Source: Candidatus Bathyarchaeota archaeon (GTDB lineage: Archaea; Thermoproteota; Bathyarchaeia; 40CM-2-53-6). From it: a stretch of DNA of 64,000 nucleotides. The translations under genes were made by a program, and so were the position numbers. Under the pieces are notes generated by a model. The model was given only the letters and a program-made list of their open reading frames with translations. It did no database searches and was not told where the DNA came from. Positions 38,152-48,278 of this stretch are shown here, piece by piece (positions within the stretch are counted from its first letter, which is position 1; every line of letters begins with the position of its first letter). The stretch is taken from the NCBI GenBank assembly GCA_963753065.1, contig CAVWAQ010000001.1, positions 451,736 to 515,735 on the forward strand. The letters run 5' to 3'.

Positions 38152-38230
38152 CGCCTAACAGTCTCCGTCGTCGCATACAGATCGCCGATTTTCGATTGCG
38201 GTTGTCTTGCCTTTCCAAGAAGCGGCCAGT

Positions 38231-39247
38231 TCAGTAGGATTTCTCTGGCTTGCGGTCGATGAGATCTTCAGTCGATGGGCCCGTCCCAATCAATGTCACT
38301 GGTATGCCAATCGCTTTCTCCACGTCGCTTATGAAATTCCTAGCCTTGGACGGAAGCTGTTCGTATTTCTTGAGTCTCATGGTATCTGGGAACACTACAT
38401 CTAGTTTGGTGATTGCAGCCTGCGTCGCTCCGTTCAGATGAACTGCCCTCTTGGCCAAGCCGAAATCGAAGGGGGCTGCTCTTCGAAGCCTACCGGTTAC
38501 GGTGCCGAATTCTTGCCATCCCTTTTTCCGGGTCTCTTCCTCGCTGAGCTGCCCTTCTAGAGGCCCTTCGCCTACTCTAGTGACAAATGACTTGAAGACC
38601 ACGACGACATCGTCTACTTCAGTCGGTCCGATGCCAACATCCGAGCAGATTGCTGAGGCACAAACATCCTTGCTGGTGCAGAATGGGTAGGTTCCATGGA
38701 AGAGTGATAAGAATGTGCCTTGGGATCCTTCGAGCAAGACATGTCTTTTCGCGTGCAGTGCCTCGTTGATCTCTTCTGAAACATCGGCAAGAAGACCCGA
38801 AAGCTCTGATGCATCCCTCGCCAGTTTGGCAGACCTGTAGATACGGTCAGCGTTGCAGGCACCGACTCCGCTCTTCGTGACTCCTATCTTCTTCACAAGA
38901 TACTCTGATCTGCTTTCTTCGTCGATGTGCTTCTGCTCAATTATCGCGCATTGGCGATCTATGCCGATTCTGTTCCTAGTCTCCGTGACTTCGATTTCCT
39001 TTAGTAAAACGCTTGGATTCACGAGTACGCCGGGGCCTATGAGAAGCCTCGATTCTCTACAAACGAATCCGCTTGGAATCATTCTTAGCGAGTATGTCTT
39101 CCCTTGCACTTGGACAGTGTGCCCTGCATTGGGCCCGACACCGCCTCGAGCGACAATTGCTGGGCGGTCTCTAAGTGCTAGGTATGCGGTGAGTTTTCCC
39201 TTACCTTCGTCTCCGAAGAATCCACCTACGACAACAGTGCACGCCAC
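38231..39247 (-). CDS. purA: adenylosuccinate synthetase (short archaeal form)
   Basis: The N-terminus VVVGGFFGDEGKGK (P-loop) is followed by GPNAGHTV and GTTKSGIG-like GVTKSGVG. Confidence 0.9.
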   Translation of the reverse strand: MACTVVVGGFFGDEGKGKLTAYLALRDRPAIVARGGVGPNAGHTVQVQGKTYSLRMIPSGFVCRESRLLIGPGVLVNPSVLLKEIEVTETRNRIGIDRQCAIIEQKHIDEESRSEYLVKKIGVTKSGVGACNADRIYRSAKLARDASELSGLLADVSEEINEALHAKRHVLLEGSQGTFLSLFHGTYPFCTSKDVCASAICSDVGIGPTEVDDVVVVFKSFVTRVGEGPLEGQLSEEETRKKGWQEFGTVTGRLRRAAPFDFGLAKRAVHLNGATQAAITKLDVVFPDTMRLKKYEQLPSKARNFISDVEKAIGIPVTLIGTGPSTEDLIDRKPEKSY

Positions 39248-39481
39248 ATGCGTTCCCCATCATGGGCGAGGAACACAGCTCTTAAGCCTTTATCGAAACG
39301 CCCAGCCCACCAAATTTAGAACCGCGTTTCAAATTGGGTTCGATGGGCGAACAGGATTCAGTTCGCCCGTCGAAAGTCCTCAACGCGCCGGCTGAGAGCG
39401 CTCAGACACTTGTTGCTCATCATCACCACAGCGTTCACCATTCAATGGTCTAAAGGCTTTCTGAGTGTATCGATAGTTCCG

Positions 39482-39790
39482 TTAGGTGCCGCGGTTCAGA
39501 TCGCGCAGTTGTCTGTCTTGGAGTTGCCTGACAAAAGCTGCGCCCAGCGGGCTCAAGGCAAGGAGATCGCCTCCAGCTCCCTTCTTTGTTGTGACCAACC
39601 CTCGTGCCTCGAGGCGCTTGACTCCCTCGATTACCTCTGTGTCCGGAACGTCTGATATGCGACTCGCAAGACTTCGCATGATCACTGTACGGGTTCCAAG
39701 AACCTTCAGTTCCCACATTGTCTGAAGGATCTGGATCTCATCACTTGAAATGTCAGGGCTCATGGCGATGGACATTCTGGGTGCCTCCAT
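39482..39790 (-). CDS. small winged-helix (MarR-like) DNA-binding protein
   Basis: 102-aa ORF. The pattern EIQILQTMWELKVLGTRTVIMRSLASRISDVPDTEVIEGVKRLEARGLVTTKK matches HTH plus wing. Confidence 0.55.
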   Translation of the reverse strand: MEAPRMSIAMSPDISSDEIQILQTMWELKVLGTRTVIMRSLASRISDVPDTEVIEGVKRLEARGLVTTKKGAGGDLLALSPLGAAFVRQLQDRQLRDLNRGT

Positions 39791-39843
39791 GTGGGGGGTT
39801 CTTATGGTTTTGGCGCGAAACTCTGGTGTACTGCCGTGCGAAC

Positions 39844-39852
39844 ATTAATATA
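39844..39852 (+). promoter_or_regulatory. TATA-box-like element for the 39882 gene
   Basis: ATTAATATA is centred about 34 nt upstream of the ATG at 39882. This is consistent with an archaeal promoter giving a leaderless or very short-leader mRNA. Confidence 0.35.
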
Positions 39853-39881
39853 CCTAGCCCTACCCGTATGGCTGCAGGCGC

Positions 39882-40574
39882 ATGCAATTGGCTTCAGGCG
39901 AAGATACAGCAGCTTTCCTAGACGCTCTCACGCGTTCGCCGCAACTGAAGGTGCTCAGCGTTTTGGCTGAACGCCCACAAGACGAACTAACCAAGACGGA
40001 GATAGCTCAGAAAGCCGGAATCGGCAGGACCACGCTCTACCGCGTCTGGGACGACTTGGAGAAGATGAAGGCCATAGCGCCTTCTCGACACGTTGGAGCA
40101 GTCACACTCTACCGCCTGAACCCGCAGAGTTCAATCGTTCAATCCCTCATGAACATAACGAAAGGCCTCTCATCTGTTACAAGCGCGGTAGGCACGATCG
40201 AAGGGATTCGAGAAGTCGAGAAGCTCGCTAGAGAGGAGTTCGGGAAGGACCTGCCTCCCACCGCAGGCGTCCTCGTGAAGCTTCAAAGCCTAAACGCAGT
40301 TGACGAGTCGACGGGTGTTCAATCGTCAGCACTGAAGATGTCGAAGGTCGAGAGTGACTCGATCCAGAGCTTGATCGGAGCAGGCCTAATTGAGGCACAC
40401 GGCGACAAACTGAACCTCACAAAAGTGGGCTCCATCACCGCTCAGGGTGCCTCGAAGATCTGGGGAGAATCGCAACGCGAGACCATCCAACAGACACTTG
40501 CCTCCGCAAAGGTAGCACTTGAACTCATCAACCAAGAGATCAAGAAACTTCAGGGAATGGTCAAGAAAGAATAG
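39882..40574 (+). CDS. winged-helix transcriptional regulator-like protein with coiled-coil C-terminus
   Basis: 230-aa ORF. The N-terminus LKVLSVLAERPQDELTKTEIAQKAGIGRTTLYRVWDDLEKMKAI is HTH-like. It is divergent from the small wHTH gene. Confidence 0.55.
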   Translation: MQLASGEDTAAFLDALTRSPQLKVLSVLAERPQDELTKTEIAQKAGIGRTTLYRVWDDLEKMKAIAPSRHVGAVTLYRLNPQSSIVQSLMNITKGLSSVTSAVGTIEGIREVEKLAREEFGKDLPPTAGVLVKLQSLNAVDESTGVQSSALKMSKVESDSIQSLIGAGLIEAHGDKLNLTKVGSITAQGASKIWGESQRETIQQTLASAKVALELINQEIKKLQGMVKKE

Positions 40575-40664
40575 TCCAGTACCGCCTAGCGGAATACTCG
40601 GCATCTCACTGCTTCGGCTCCCGTAAGCACAATCCGAAGCTTTAATCTGCATCCAAGCAAGCGA

Positions 40665-42335
40665 GTGACTTGTTCCGGTGTTCTTCGAGTGGCGAAGTAC
40701 GTCTTTGTTACTGGCGGAGTGATGTCCGGCCTGGGAAAGGGAGTCGCTGCAGCCTCCATAGGCAAGATCCTACAGACGCGAGGCACGAAAGTCAGCGCGC
40801 TGAAGATTGATCCGTACCTCAACGTCGACGCTGGAACAATGAATCCGGTTGTGCACGGAGAGGTCTTCGTCACTGAAGACGGCGGTGAGGCGGACATGGA
40901 CCTCGGCACCTATGAGCGGTTCCTCGACGTGAACCTCTCGAAGATGCACAACATCACAACGGGCCAGGTCTACCAAACCATTATCGGAATGGAGAGGGCC
41001 GGGTCATTCCTAGGCCAATGCGTCCAAATCATACCTCACGTCACGGACGAGATTAAGCGGAGAATACGGAGCGTAGCAGAGTCAAGCAAGTCCGAGCTAC
41101 TCCTTGTCGAAATAGGCGGAACTGTAGGAGACATCGAGAGCCTCCCCTTTCTCGAAGCAGCTCGACAAATGCGCCTTGAAGATGGCTTCAAGAATGTCGC
41201 CTTCGCACATGTCACCTTGGTTCCGGTAGTTGGAGTCGTCGGCGAACAGAAGACCAAGCCGACGCAGCATAGCGTTCAAGAGCTTAGAAGGATCGGCGTT
41301 CAGCCCGACCTGATAATTGCTCGGAGTACCCAACCATTGCTACCCGGACCACGGAAGAAGATTGCGCTATTCTGCAATGTCGAAGAGGGTGCTGTGTTCT
41401 CATCGCCGGACTCGAAGAGTGTCTACGAGGTTCCTATTCTGCTCGAAGATCAAGGGATGGGTGCTTTTCTGTGCGACAGGCTCGGGCTTGAGAAGAAGCC
41501 CAGCAATTGGGATGAATGGAGTAGGACCGTGCAACGCTTCGTCAGCCCAAAGAGCGAAGTCACAATAGCCGTGTGTGGCAAGTATGCTGAACTGGCAGAT
41601 TCCTACGTGAGCGTAAATGAGGCTCTGAGACACGCAGGAGCTGCCGCGGACACACGAGTCGATCTGAATTGGATCGAGACTGAGCAATTTGAAGGCGAGA
41701 CCTCTAAGATGAGGGCCCTTGAGACGGCGGATGGTGTTCTCATTCCTGGCGGTTTTGGTCAGCGTGGCACCGAAGGGAAGATCCGGGTGGTCGGATACGC
41801 ACGAGAGAACAACATTCCATTCCTAGGCATCTGCTTTGGATTCCAGCTTGCGATCGTGGAATTTGCGAGAAATCTCGGTCTGCAAGATGCGAATAGCACG
41901 GAGATTGCCCCGGCCACGCAGCATCCGGTAATAGACCTGATGCCGGAGCAGCGGAATGTGGAGTCCAAGGGAGCCACAATGCGGTTGGGTGCGCATGAAG
42001 TTAGGATCCAACCGGGCACGTTGGCTGAGCGCCTATATGGGCGTCGAAGAGTGTGGGAGAGACACAGACACCGGTACGAGGTAAATCCTGACTATATCTC
42101 GAAGCTTGAACAGGACGGCCTCACCTTTTCCGGCAGATCCCTAGATGGTCGACGGATGGAGATCCTAGAACTACGCTCACACTACTTCTTTGTTGCAACG
42201 CAGTTCCATGGCGAGTTTCGTTCTAGGCCGATGTCACCATCGCCCCCATACTATGGGCTTGTGAAAGCATCTCTTGACAAGAAACTAGGAAGAGCCCACT
42301 TTGAGCTCACGAGTGGCCCGGCAAGCACGAAATAG
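40665..42335 (+). CDS. pyrG: CTP synthase
   Basis: Contains [16 protein letters not shown] and the glutamine amidotransferase block GICFGFQ. GTG at 40689 is a more family-typical start than GTG at 40665. Confidence 0.9.
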   Translation: MTCSGVLRVAKYVFVTGGVMSGLGKGVAAASIGKILQTRGTKVSALKIDPYLNVDAGTMNPVVHGEVFVTEDGGEADMDLGTYERFLDVNLSKMHNITTGQVYQTIIGMERAGSFLGQCVQIIPHVTDEIKRRIRSVAESSKSELLLVEIGGTVGDIESLPFLEAARQMRLEDGFKNVAFAHVTLVPVVGVVGEQKTKPTQHSVQELRRIGVQPDLIIARSTQPLLPGPRKKIALFCNVEEGAVFSSPDSKSVYEVPILLEDQGMGAFLCDRLGLEKKPSNWDEWSRTVQRFVSPKSEVTIAVCGKYAELADSYVSVNEALRHAGAAADTRVDLNWIETEQFEGETSKMRALETADGVLIPGGFGQRGTEGKIRVVGYARENNIPFLGICFGFQLAIVEFARNLGLQDANSTEIAPATQHPVIDLMPEQRNVESKGATMRLGAHEVRIQPGTLAERLYGRRRVWERHRHRYEVNPDYISKLEQDGLTFSGRSLDGRRMEILELRSHYFFVATQFHGEFRSRPMSPSPPYYGLVKASLDKKLGRAHFELTSGPASTK

Positions 42336-42383
42336 CGTTGATCATTGTCGATACCAAAATCAAGCTTGAGCGGTTCATAGGCG

Positions 42384-43319
42384 ATGTCTGCTGAACAGAT
42401 AGGTGAACTTGTACGATCCCTTCGACCGGCAGATCTGCGTATTCTGCTGGGCGTCGAGTTGGGGATGGAGAGTCGCGAGTATGTTCCGATCTCGCGCATC
42501 GTGCGATATGCGAACCTACTGGAAGAGGAAGTTGGGAAACGGCTACCCGAGCTTGTGGACAAGCGCCTTCTTGCAGTCGGCAGCATGCAAGCACAGGGAT
42601 ACGCCGGTTTCCGACTGACCTTTTTCGGCTACGACTGCTTGGCCCTGAACGCTTTGGTCAAAAGGGGCGTTGTCGAAGCACTCGGTAGCCCGCTTGGGTT
42701 AGGAAAGGAGTCTGATGTCTATGACGCGAAAGGCAGGAGAGATACTAGGATTGCTCTGAAATTCCACCGTTTGGGGAGAATAAGTTTCCGTCAGACCAGA
42801 CGAACAAGAGGGTATGTGGCCGAAAGGGCTCACACCTCTTGGATATATCAGGCGAGAATGGCGGCAACGCGTGAGTTCGCAGCTATGAAGCGCGCAAGCC
42901 GCGCTGGAGTTCCGGTGCCTAAACCCATCAGTCAGAATCGGCATCTAGTTGCAATGGACATGTTCGAAGGATCAGAACTCTCAAGAATCAGCGTCATACC
43001 AGAGCCCGGGACTACCTTGCGACGCATCCTATTCAAGTTGAGACTATTGTACCGTGACGCACGACTCGTTCATGGTGACCTGAGCGAGTATAACATCCTA
43101 ATGGCCGACTCAGGCCAATTCGTGTTCATCGATTGGCCTCAGAGCGTTGCGACAAACGATCCTGGAGCCAACGAGCTCTTGACACGAGATATCTCAAATC
43201 TCGTGAAGTTCTTCGCACGAAGGCAAGGTGTCTCTCTTCCCGTTCAGGAAGCGCTGGACTTCGTGAAAGCGAAGAAGAGAACACTTGGCCGAATACAAAC
43301 ACGGAAGTGGCATGCCTAG
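42384..43319 (+). CDS. rio2: RIO-type serine kinase, Rio2 (N-terminal wHTH plus kinase domain)
   Basis: Contains an N-terminal wHTH, then GLGKESDVYDA, IALKFHRLG, the catalytic LVHGDLSEYNIL and FIDWPQ. Confidence 0.85.
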   Translation: MSAEQIGELVRSLRPADLRILLGVELGMESREYVPISRIVRYANLLEEEVGKRLPELVDKRLLAVGSMQAQGYAGFRLTFFGYDCLALNALVKRGVVEALGSPLGLGKESDVYDAKGRRDTRIALKFHRLGRISFRQTRRTRGYVAERAHTSWIYQARMAATREFAAMKRASRAGVPVPKPISQNRHLVAMDMFEGSELSRISVIPEPGTTLRRILFKLRLLYRDARLVHGDLSEYNILMADSGQFVFIDWPQSVATNDPGANELLTRDISNLVKFFARRQGVSLPVQEALDFVKAKKRTLGRIQTRKWHA

Positions 43320-44158
43320 CCTTTGTCAAGGAATCCAAGCGCGCCTACGGCGGGAGCAATCACCACCGGCTCCAGTCGTGCGTAACTCATCACGACGCCT
43401 TTTCTCTCAAGTCGAAAACCGAGGCGCTCTGCCGTTTCCTCGACGGTGGGATTTGAGAGGGGAACGGACATCTCAAGCGGCCACTTCTCAGTTCGAGTGA
43501 TCGAAGACCCAAGTAGTGCTGCGATGGATTCTTGGTTCATCTGTTCGCAGATCAAAGGGCCTATCTCTGAAGTGTCTTGATATTGCTTGACAATCGAGTA
43601 TCCAGATACTCCGGCCTCGTTGGCGATCCAAGTCCAGTGTTCTGGGAACTCACGGTGGAGTCGTCTGAGAAGCTTGCTTCTGTCGGCTCCGAAGGCGTGC
43701 TTATCTAGGCGAAGGATCTGACGAAGAGGGATCTCTTCAGTCGTCTCCGTGAAGTTCTCTGCGCCATCTCGCATTGACACTGTAGCGAAACCATCCATCG
43801 TTTCAAAACCTAGTCGTTTGTACATCGCTTCGTTCTCTGGATAGGAGTACAGGCCAATTCTCTTGACGTGCATGCGTAGGAGATGTTTCACAGCGGATTG
43901 CACCAGGTCGCTTCCTATTCCGACGCCGCGATGTTTCCCGCTGACCACAACGTTTCCGATCCAGCCGGCATCTCTACCGTACGAGATGGTTGTCGTGAGC
44001 CCGATGGGTCCGCCGCCCATCGTAGCGACTAGGCAACCCCTGGGCTCAAGCGCCATCATCCTCTTCAAGTCACGTGTTCCGAAACCCCAGTGTTCCCGAG
44101 CTGTCAGCCTGATTATTGAGCGAAGGTCGGTCGTCTTCATCGGTCGAATTCGTAGCAA
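43316..44158 (-). CDS. GNAT family N-acetyltransferase (two-domain)
   Basis: 280-aa ORF with the acetyl-CoA binding block VVVSGKHRGVGIGSDLV. It overlaps the rio2 stop by 4 nt (CTAG) in convergent orientation. Confidence 0.75.
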   Translation of the reverse strand: MLRIRPMKTTDLRSIIRLTAREHWGFGTRDLKRMMALEPRGCLVATMGGGPIGLTTTISYGRDAGWIGNVVVSGKHRGVGIGSDLVQSAVKHLLRMHVKRIGLYSYPENEAMYKRLGFETMDGFATVSMRDGAENFTETTEEIPLRQILRLDKHAFGADRSKLLRRLHREFPEHWTWIANEAGVSGYSIVKQYQDTSEIGPLICEQMNQESIAALLGSSITRTEKWPLEMSVPLSNPTVEETAERLGFRLERKGVVMSYARLEPVVIAPAVGALGFLDKG

Positions 44159-44176
44159 GCGGCTGTCGCCAAGTCA

Positions 44177-45478
44177 CTATGGACGGATCCGGTTGATGAG
44201 TCTCGGAAAAGCTGCAGCGTCGCGAATATGCTTCAGTTTGCATATCCATGAGAGCGTACGCTCGATGCCCATTCCGAATCCCGAGTGGGGTACTGTACCA
44301 TATTTCCTCAGATCCACATACCAAGAGTAGTCTTCCGGGTTCAAATGCTCCTCTTTGATTCGCTGCATGAGTTGCTCGTAGTCATGGATGCGTTGTCCTC
44401 CGCCCGTGATCTCGCCGTAGCCTTCCGGCGCAAGTAGATCAACTGAAAGGGTGACTTCAGGCCGTTTCGGGTCAGGCATGTGGTAGAATGCCTTGACGCC
44501 TTTTGGATAATGTGTGACAAAGAACGGTGTAGTGAAGTCTTTCGTTAGGATCTTCTCTTGATTGTATCCTAGGTCCGTGCCCCATTCGAATGACGAGTCA
44601 GATTTCCGGATCAGGTCAACGGCCCTATCATACGTGATTGCCGGTAGCGGTGCCTTCAGGCCGGTCAGTTCGTCGGGGTCACGTCCGAGCTCTTTGAGTT
44701 CTTCAGGGACCTGAGCTGCCACTTCATGGCAGATGTGTAAGAGAAGTCCTTCCTCGACCTTGATGAGGCCTTCGAGATCTAGCCATGGTTCCTCGAGTTC
44801 TATTTGCCAGAATTCCGTCATGTGGCGTCTCGTCTTTGATTTCTCGGCACGGAAGGACGGTGCGAGCGTGTAGATCTTGCCTAGACTCGCTATCATCGCT
44901 TCAGCATAGAGTTGCCAGCTTTGCGTCAGGTAAGCCTTCTCATCGAAGTACTTGACCTCGAAGAGCGTCGAGCCTCCCTCAACAGCCGCCGAGACAAGGA
45001 TCGGGACTTGGACCTCTAAGTAGTCATGCTCTTTCAGCCAACGTCGAGATTCGTCGATCACAAGAGCTCTAACTCGGAGAATCGTCTGCATCTTCTTGCT
45101 GCGGATCCAGAAATGTCGATTGTCGAGAAGGAACTCAGGACCGTGATATTTCTTGGCGATCGGGAAGTCCTCATGCGAACGATGAAGCACCAGCAGATCT
45201 GTTATACGGAGTTCGTATCCTCGGGGGGCCCGCGGATCTCGGACAACCTCACCCTCGACCTCTACTGTCGACTCCAGCGGAAGGGCCTCGATCTCGCTGA
45301 ACTTCTCCCCCAGTTGGTCTTTCTTTGCAGTGCACTGAAGGAAACCCGTGCCATCTCTAATGATGAGGAACAGAATCCCCCCGCTCGATCTTCTATTGTG
45401 CAGCCATCCTCTCAGTTTGACTCGTGTGGAATCTGCGTTTCCGGCAAGGATCTTTCGAACTAGAACGATGTCAGTCAC
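44177..45478 (-). CDS. asnS: asparagine--tRNA ligase
   Basis: The class IIb core includes motif 2 FRAEKSKTRRHMTEFWQIE, the KAFYHMP block, GYGEITGGGQR and motif 3 GFGMGIERT. The YSWYVDLRKYGTVPH block favours AsnRS over AspRS. Confidence 0.85.
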   Translation of the reverse strand: MTDIVLVRKILAGNADSTRVKLRGWLHNRRSSGGILFLIIRDGTGFLQCTAKKDQLGEKFSEIEALPLESTVEVEGEVVRDPRAPRGYELRITDLLVLHRSHEDFPIAKKYHGPEFLLDNRHFWIRSKKMQTILRVRALVIDESRRWLKEHDYLEVQVPILVSAAVEGGSTLFEVKYFDEKAYLTQSWQLYAEAMIASLGKIYTLAPSFRAEKSKTRRHMTEFWQIELEEPWLDLEGLIKVEEGLLLHICHEVAAQVPEELKELGRDPDELTGLKAPLPAITYDRAVDLIRKSDSSFEWGTDLGYNQEKILTKDFTTPFFVTHYPKGVKAFYHMPDPKRPEVTLSVDLLAPEGYGEITGGGQRIHDYEQLMQRIKEEHLNPEDYSWYVDLRKYGTVPHSGFGMGIERTLSWICKLKHIRDAAAFPRLINRIRP

Positions 45479-45783
45479 ACTAATGCACCTTCCCTGTAGA
45501 GTGGGCGCGATCGTAGAGGGAGCACTTCAAGGAGCGAGAACTAGTCTGAGTTAAAGCGCTCACCTATCATCGCGCGCACCGGGGACTATTTGCGGACCAG
45601 ACGATATTTAAACGGTGGCATATAGGAAGCCAAAATCGCGAAAGCTACCTCCCTGTTTTCACGGAGGCGACGGGCACGCTCTCCAGTCCTTGCTTGCGAT
45701 CGCTATCCATTCGAGCGTTTTTCGAGAGAACTCTTTTTACGTTCGGAGACAGAGAACCCACCTCGACGTTCTGACAACCATCT

Positions 45784-46155
45784 TTGACAGGTGATCGCGT
45801 GTTTAGAATAAGAGTCGAGGATGACTTCGACGCTTCGCACATAATCCCCGGGCATCCGGGGAAATGCAAGAACCTTCACGGCCACACATACCGCGTCGAA
45901 GTGTTTGTGAAAGGCGATAAGCTTGACAGAAACGATATTCTGGAAGGCGCGGATTTCACTCTCCTGAAGAAGAATCTTGCCGATATCGTAGCAAAGTATG
46001 ATCACAAGCACTTGAACGACATAATCTCCGGAAACCCAACTGCAGAGAACATCGCTATGACCATCTTCCGCGAGCTAACGGCCCTAGCCACAAATGGATT
46101 GGAAAAGGTCCGTGTGTGGGAATCTCCAAGGAGCTATGCTGAGTATTGGAAATGA
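45784..46155 (+). CDS. queD: 6-carboxy-5,6,7,8-tetrahydropterin synthase
   Basis: Contains FDASH..C.NLHGHTY and the ENIA block. The ORF start is TTG at 45784, and GTG at 45799 is an alternative. Confidence 0.85.
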   Translation: MTGDRVFRIRVEDDFDASHIIPGHPGKCKNLHGHTYRVEVFVKGDKLDRNDILEGADFTLLKKNLADIVAKYDHKHLNDIISGNPTAENIAMTIFRELTALATNGLEKVRVWESPRSYAEYWK

Positions 46156-46724
46156 AACCCGAATCAGATCCTCGACAGTTAGCGATTGAGGAGCACGTGC
46201 GTGAAATCCTCAAGATACTCAAGGTTGATCTGAATGCCGAGCAATTCCGAGACACGCCTAAGAGAATCGCAAGAATGGCTTTCGAACTGCTCGCAGGAAT
46301 GGACGAGAAGAATGAACCAAAGCTGACGCTGTTTGAGAATACCGGGTATCGGGATATCTTGATCGTGAAGGACATTCCGTTCTATTCACTGTGTGCTCAT
46401 CACTCGTTACCCATGTTCGGTCACGTCTCTGTCGCGTATGTCCCAGGCAAGAAGATTGTAGGTCTATCAAAGTTGCCTCGCATAGTGAAGTTCTTCTCAG
46501 CACGATTGCAGGTCCAGGAGGACTTTACAAAGGAACTAGCGGACTATCTCCACAGGAAGTTGGGAGCACAGGGAGTATTCGTCATAGTGAAAGCCCGGCA
46601 CTTGTGCATGGAGATGCGTGGAGCAAAAACTCATGACGCAGAGACCCTGTCCAGTGCGGTGCGTGGTGTCTTTGACACTCGCGCGTCTACAAAAGCAGAA
46701 GCGCTCAGACTGATGACGAATTGA
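46146..46724 (+). CDS. folE: GTP cyclohydrolase I (FolE type)
   Basis: Contains DTPKRIA, SLCAHHSLPMFGHVSVAYVP, VGLSKLPRIV and RLQVQE. It overlaps queD by 10 nt. Confidence 0.85.
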   Translation: MEMKPESDPRQLAIEEHVREILKILKVDLNAEQFRDTPKRIARMAFELLAGMDEKNEPKLTLFENTGYRDILIVKDIPFYSLCAHHSLPMFGHVSVAYVPGKKIVGLSKLPRIVKFFSARLQVQEDFTKELADYLHRKLGAQGVFVIVKARHLCMEMRGAKTHDAETLSSAVRGVFDTRASTKAEALRLMTN

Positions 46725-47362
46725 CCAGAGACAGCGCTATTGTCCTGTTCTCGGGCGGATTGGATTCCGCCGTAGCCCTTTGGTGGGCCAAAGAGAAATG
46801 GAAGACCTACGCTCTGACATTCAAGTATGGAAAACTGAATTCGAATGAAGTGAGATCAGCGAAGAGGCTCGCCAAGAGAGCAGAAGTTGCTCGTCATTTC
46901 GTGGTTGATGTAGGTTTCCTCAAACAAGTGTCGGAGTTGAGAAAAAGGCTAGCAAGTCAAGGGGTAGACCTGAGCTCCTTTCCTCCAACTTACGTGCCTG
47001 GTCGAAACACGATCTTCTTCGGCATTGCCGCTCACTATGCGGAGATCTATGACGCAAGGCACATTATTACAGGTCACATTGGACGTGACCCATTCCCCGA
47101 CTCAAAACCGATCTACATCAGAGCAATGAACAACGCGCTTTCTCAAGCCAGTTGGCTTCGGAAGAGACATCGCGTCAGAATCACAACGCCCTTCGCACGA
47201 TCAACGAAGGAAGACGTAGTCAGACTTGCCCTCAAGCTAGAGGTGCCTTTGGATTTGACGTGGAGCTGCCACAGGAATGGGAAGAGGCCTTGTGGGAAAT
47301 GTCAAGGTTGTCTAGACAGATCTGGAGCCCTTAACATTCTTGGATTCCCTGCTAAGCGTTGA
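46721..47362 (+). CDS. queC: 7-cyano-7-deazaguanine synthase
   Basis: Contains the PP-loop LFSGGLDS and the C-terminal zinc Cys cluster WSCHRNGKRPCGKCQGC. It has a 4-nt overlap with folE. Confidence 0.85.
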   Translation: MTRDSAIVLFSGGLDSAVALWWAKEKWKTYALTFKYGKLNSNEVRSAKRLAKRAEVARHFVVDVGFLKQVSELRKRLASQGVDLSSFPPTYVPGRNTIFFGIAAHYAEIYDARHIITGHIGRDPFPDSKPIYIRAMNNALSQASWLRKRHRVRITTPFARSTKEDVVRLALKLEVPLDLTWSCHRNGKRPCGKCQGCLDRSGALNILGFPAKR

Positions 47363-47383
47363 ATTGGGACTGCACAACCAGCT

Positions 47384-48142
47384 CTATCTCATCACTGTCC
47401 CGCCGTCAACAACTACAATCTGCCCATTGACCGCTGAGGCTAGATCGGATGCAAGGAACGCGATGACACTTGCCACCTCTTCAGGTTCTACAAGTCTCTG
47501 AAGTGGCGATTCCATCTCGTACTGTGCTCTCTCTTGGCTTGGGAGGTCATCTAGCCATTTGGTTCTGACGTTCCCGGGAGCCACGGCGTTGGCGCGAACA
47601 TACGGTTTGTATTCGAGTGCTAGGCTCTTCACGAGCGCTCCGATGCCAGACTTCGCCACCGAGAATAATCCCCCACGATCGTGTCCAGAGAACACAGGAG
47701 AAGAACACATCAAAACCACGGAGCCTTTCTTCTGCTTCACCATATACGGGACCGCGGATTTGCACAAATGGAATGTCCCCTTCAGATCGTTGTCGAGGAC
47801 GGCTCGCCACTCGTCTTCAGTAATGTCGACCAGCCGCTTTTCCCAAATGTCAGCGGACCAGAAACCATGGACTGCAACTAAGCATTCAATCTTGCCGAAA
47901 GTCTTGTGGGATTCGGCAATGAACCTATGCACATCCTCTTGATCTGTCACATCAACGCGTAGACTAAGTGTTTCTGCTCCAAGCTCTTCACATGCCTTCG
48001 AGATGCCTCTTGCTCTGTCTGCTCCAGAGCGGTAGCCGAGCACAAGCTTCGCGCCTTCTCTCGCAAAGAGTCTCGCCGTGGCGCTGCCTATTCCGCCTGT
48101 GGCACCGGTTATGACTGCGACTGTCCCGTCGAACAATTTCAT
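47384..48142 (-). CDS. short-chain dehydrogenase/reductase (SDR)
   Basis: Contains TGATGGIG, the catalytic context FSVAKSG (Y replaced by F-S-x-A-K arrangement) and PGNVRT. The overall pattern is FabG-like. Confidence 0.8.
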   Translation of the reverse strand: MKLFDGTVAVITGATGGIGSATARLFAREGAKLVLGYRSGADRARGISKACEELGAETLSLRVDVTDQEDVHRFIAESHKTFGKIECLVAVHGFWSADIWEKRLVDITEDEWRAVLDNDLKGTFHLCKSAVPYMVKQKKGSVVLMCSSPVFSGHDRGGLFSVAKSGIGALVKSLALEYKPYVRANAVAPGNVRTKWLDDLPSQERAQYEMESPLQRLVEPEEVASVIAFLASDLASAVNGQIVVVDGGTVMR

Positions 48143-48278
48143 TGAGCAATCAGCCCTTCGATAGCCGATATCAATACAATGTGTTCTGCAAGCTAAGATA
48201 TGATGTCTGCTGCTTGCGCCCGCCTCGACCGTTCTTCAAAGGCGTTCTGTTAATAGCCTGAACGTTCAACATGGTAGT

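Noticed and set aside
43316-43319. CTAG stop-stop overlaps of convergent genes (43316-43319 and 57135-57138) as a special signal
   Set aside because: TAG stops on both strands automatically create a palindromic CTAG. Two occurrences are compatible with chance.
45605-45612. TATTTAAA / TTTAAATA element between asnS and queD as a shared bidirectional promoter
   Set aside because: It lies about 100 nt from the asnS start and about 170 nt from the queD start, so either use implies an unusually long leader. I noted it but left it unassigned without TSS data.
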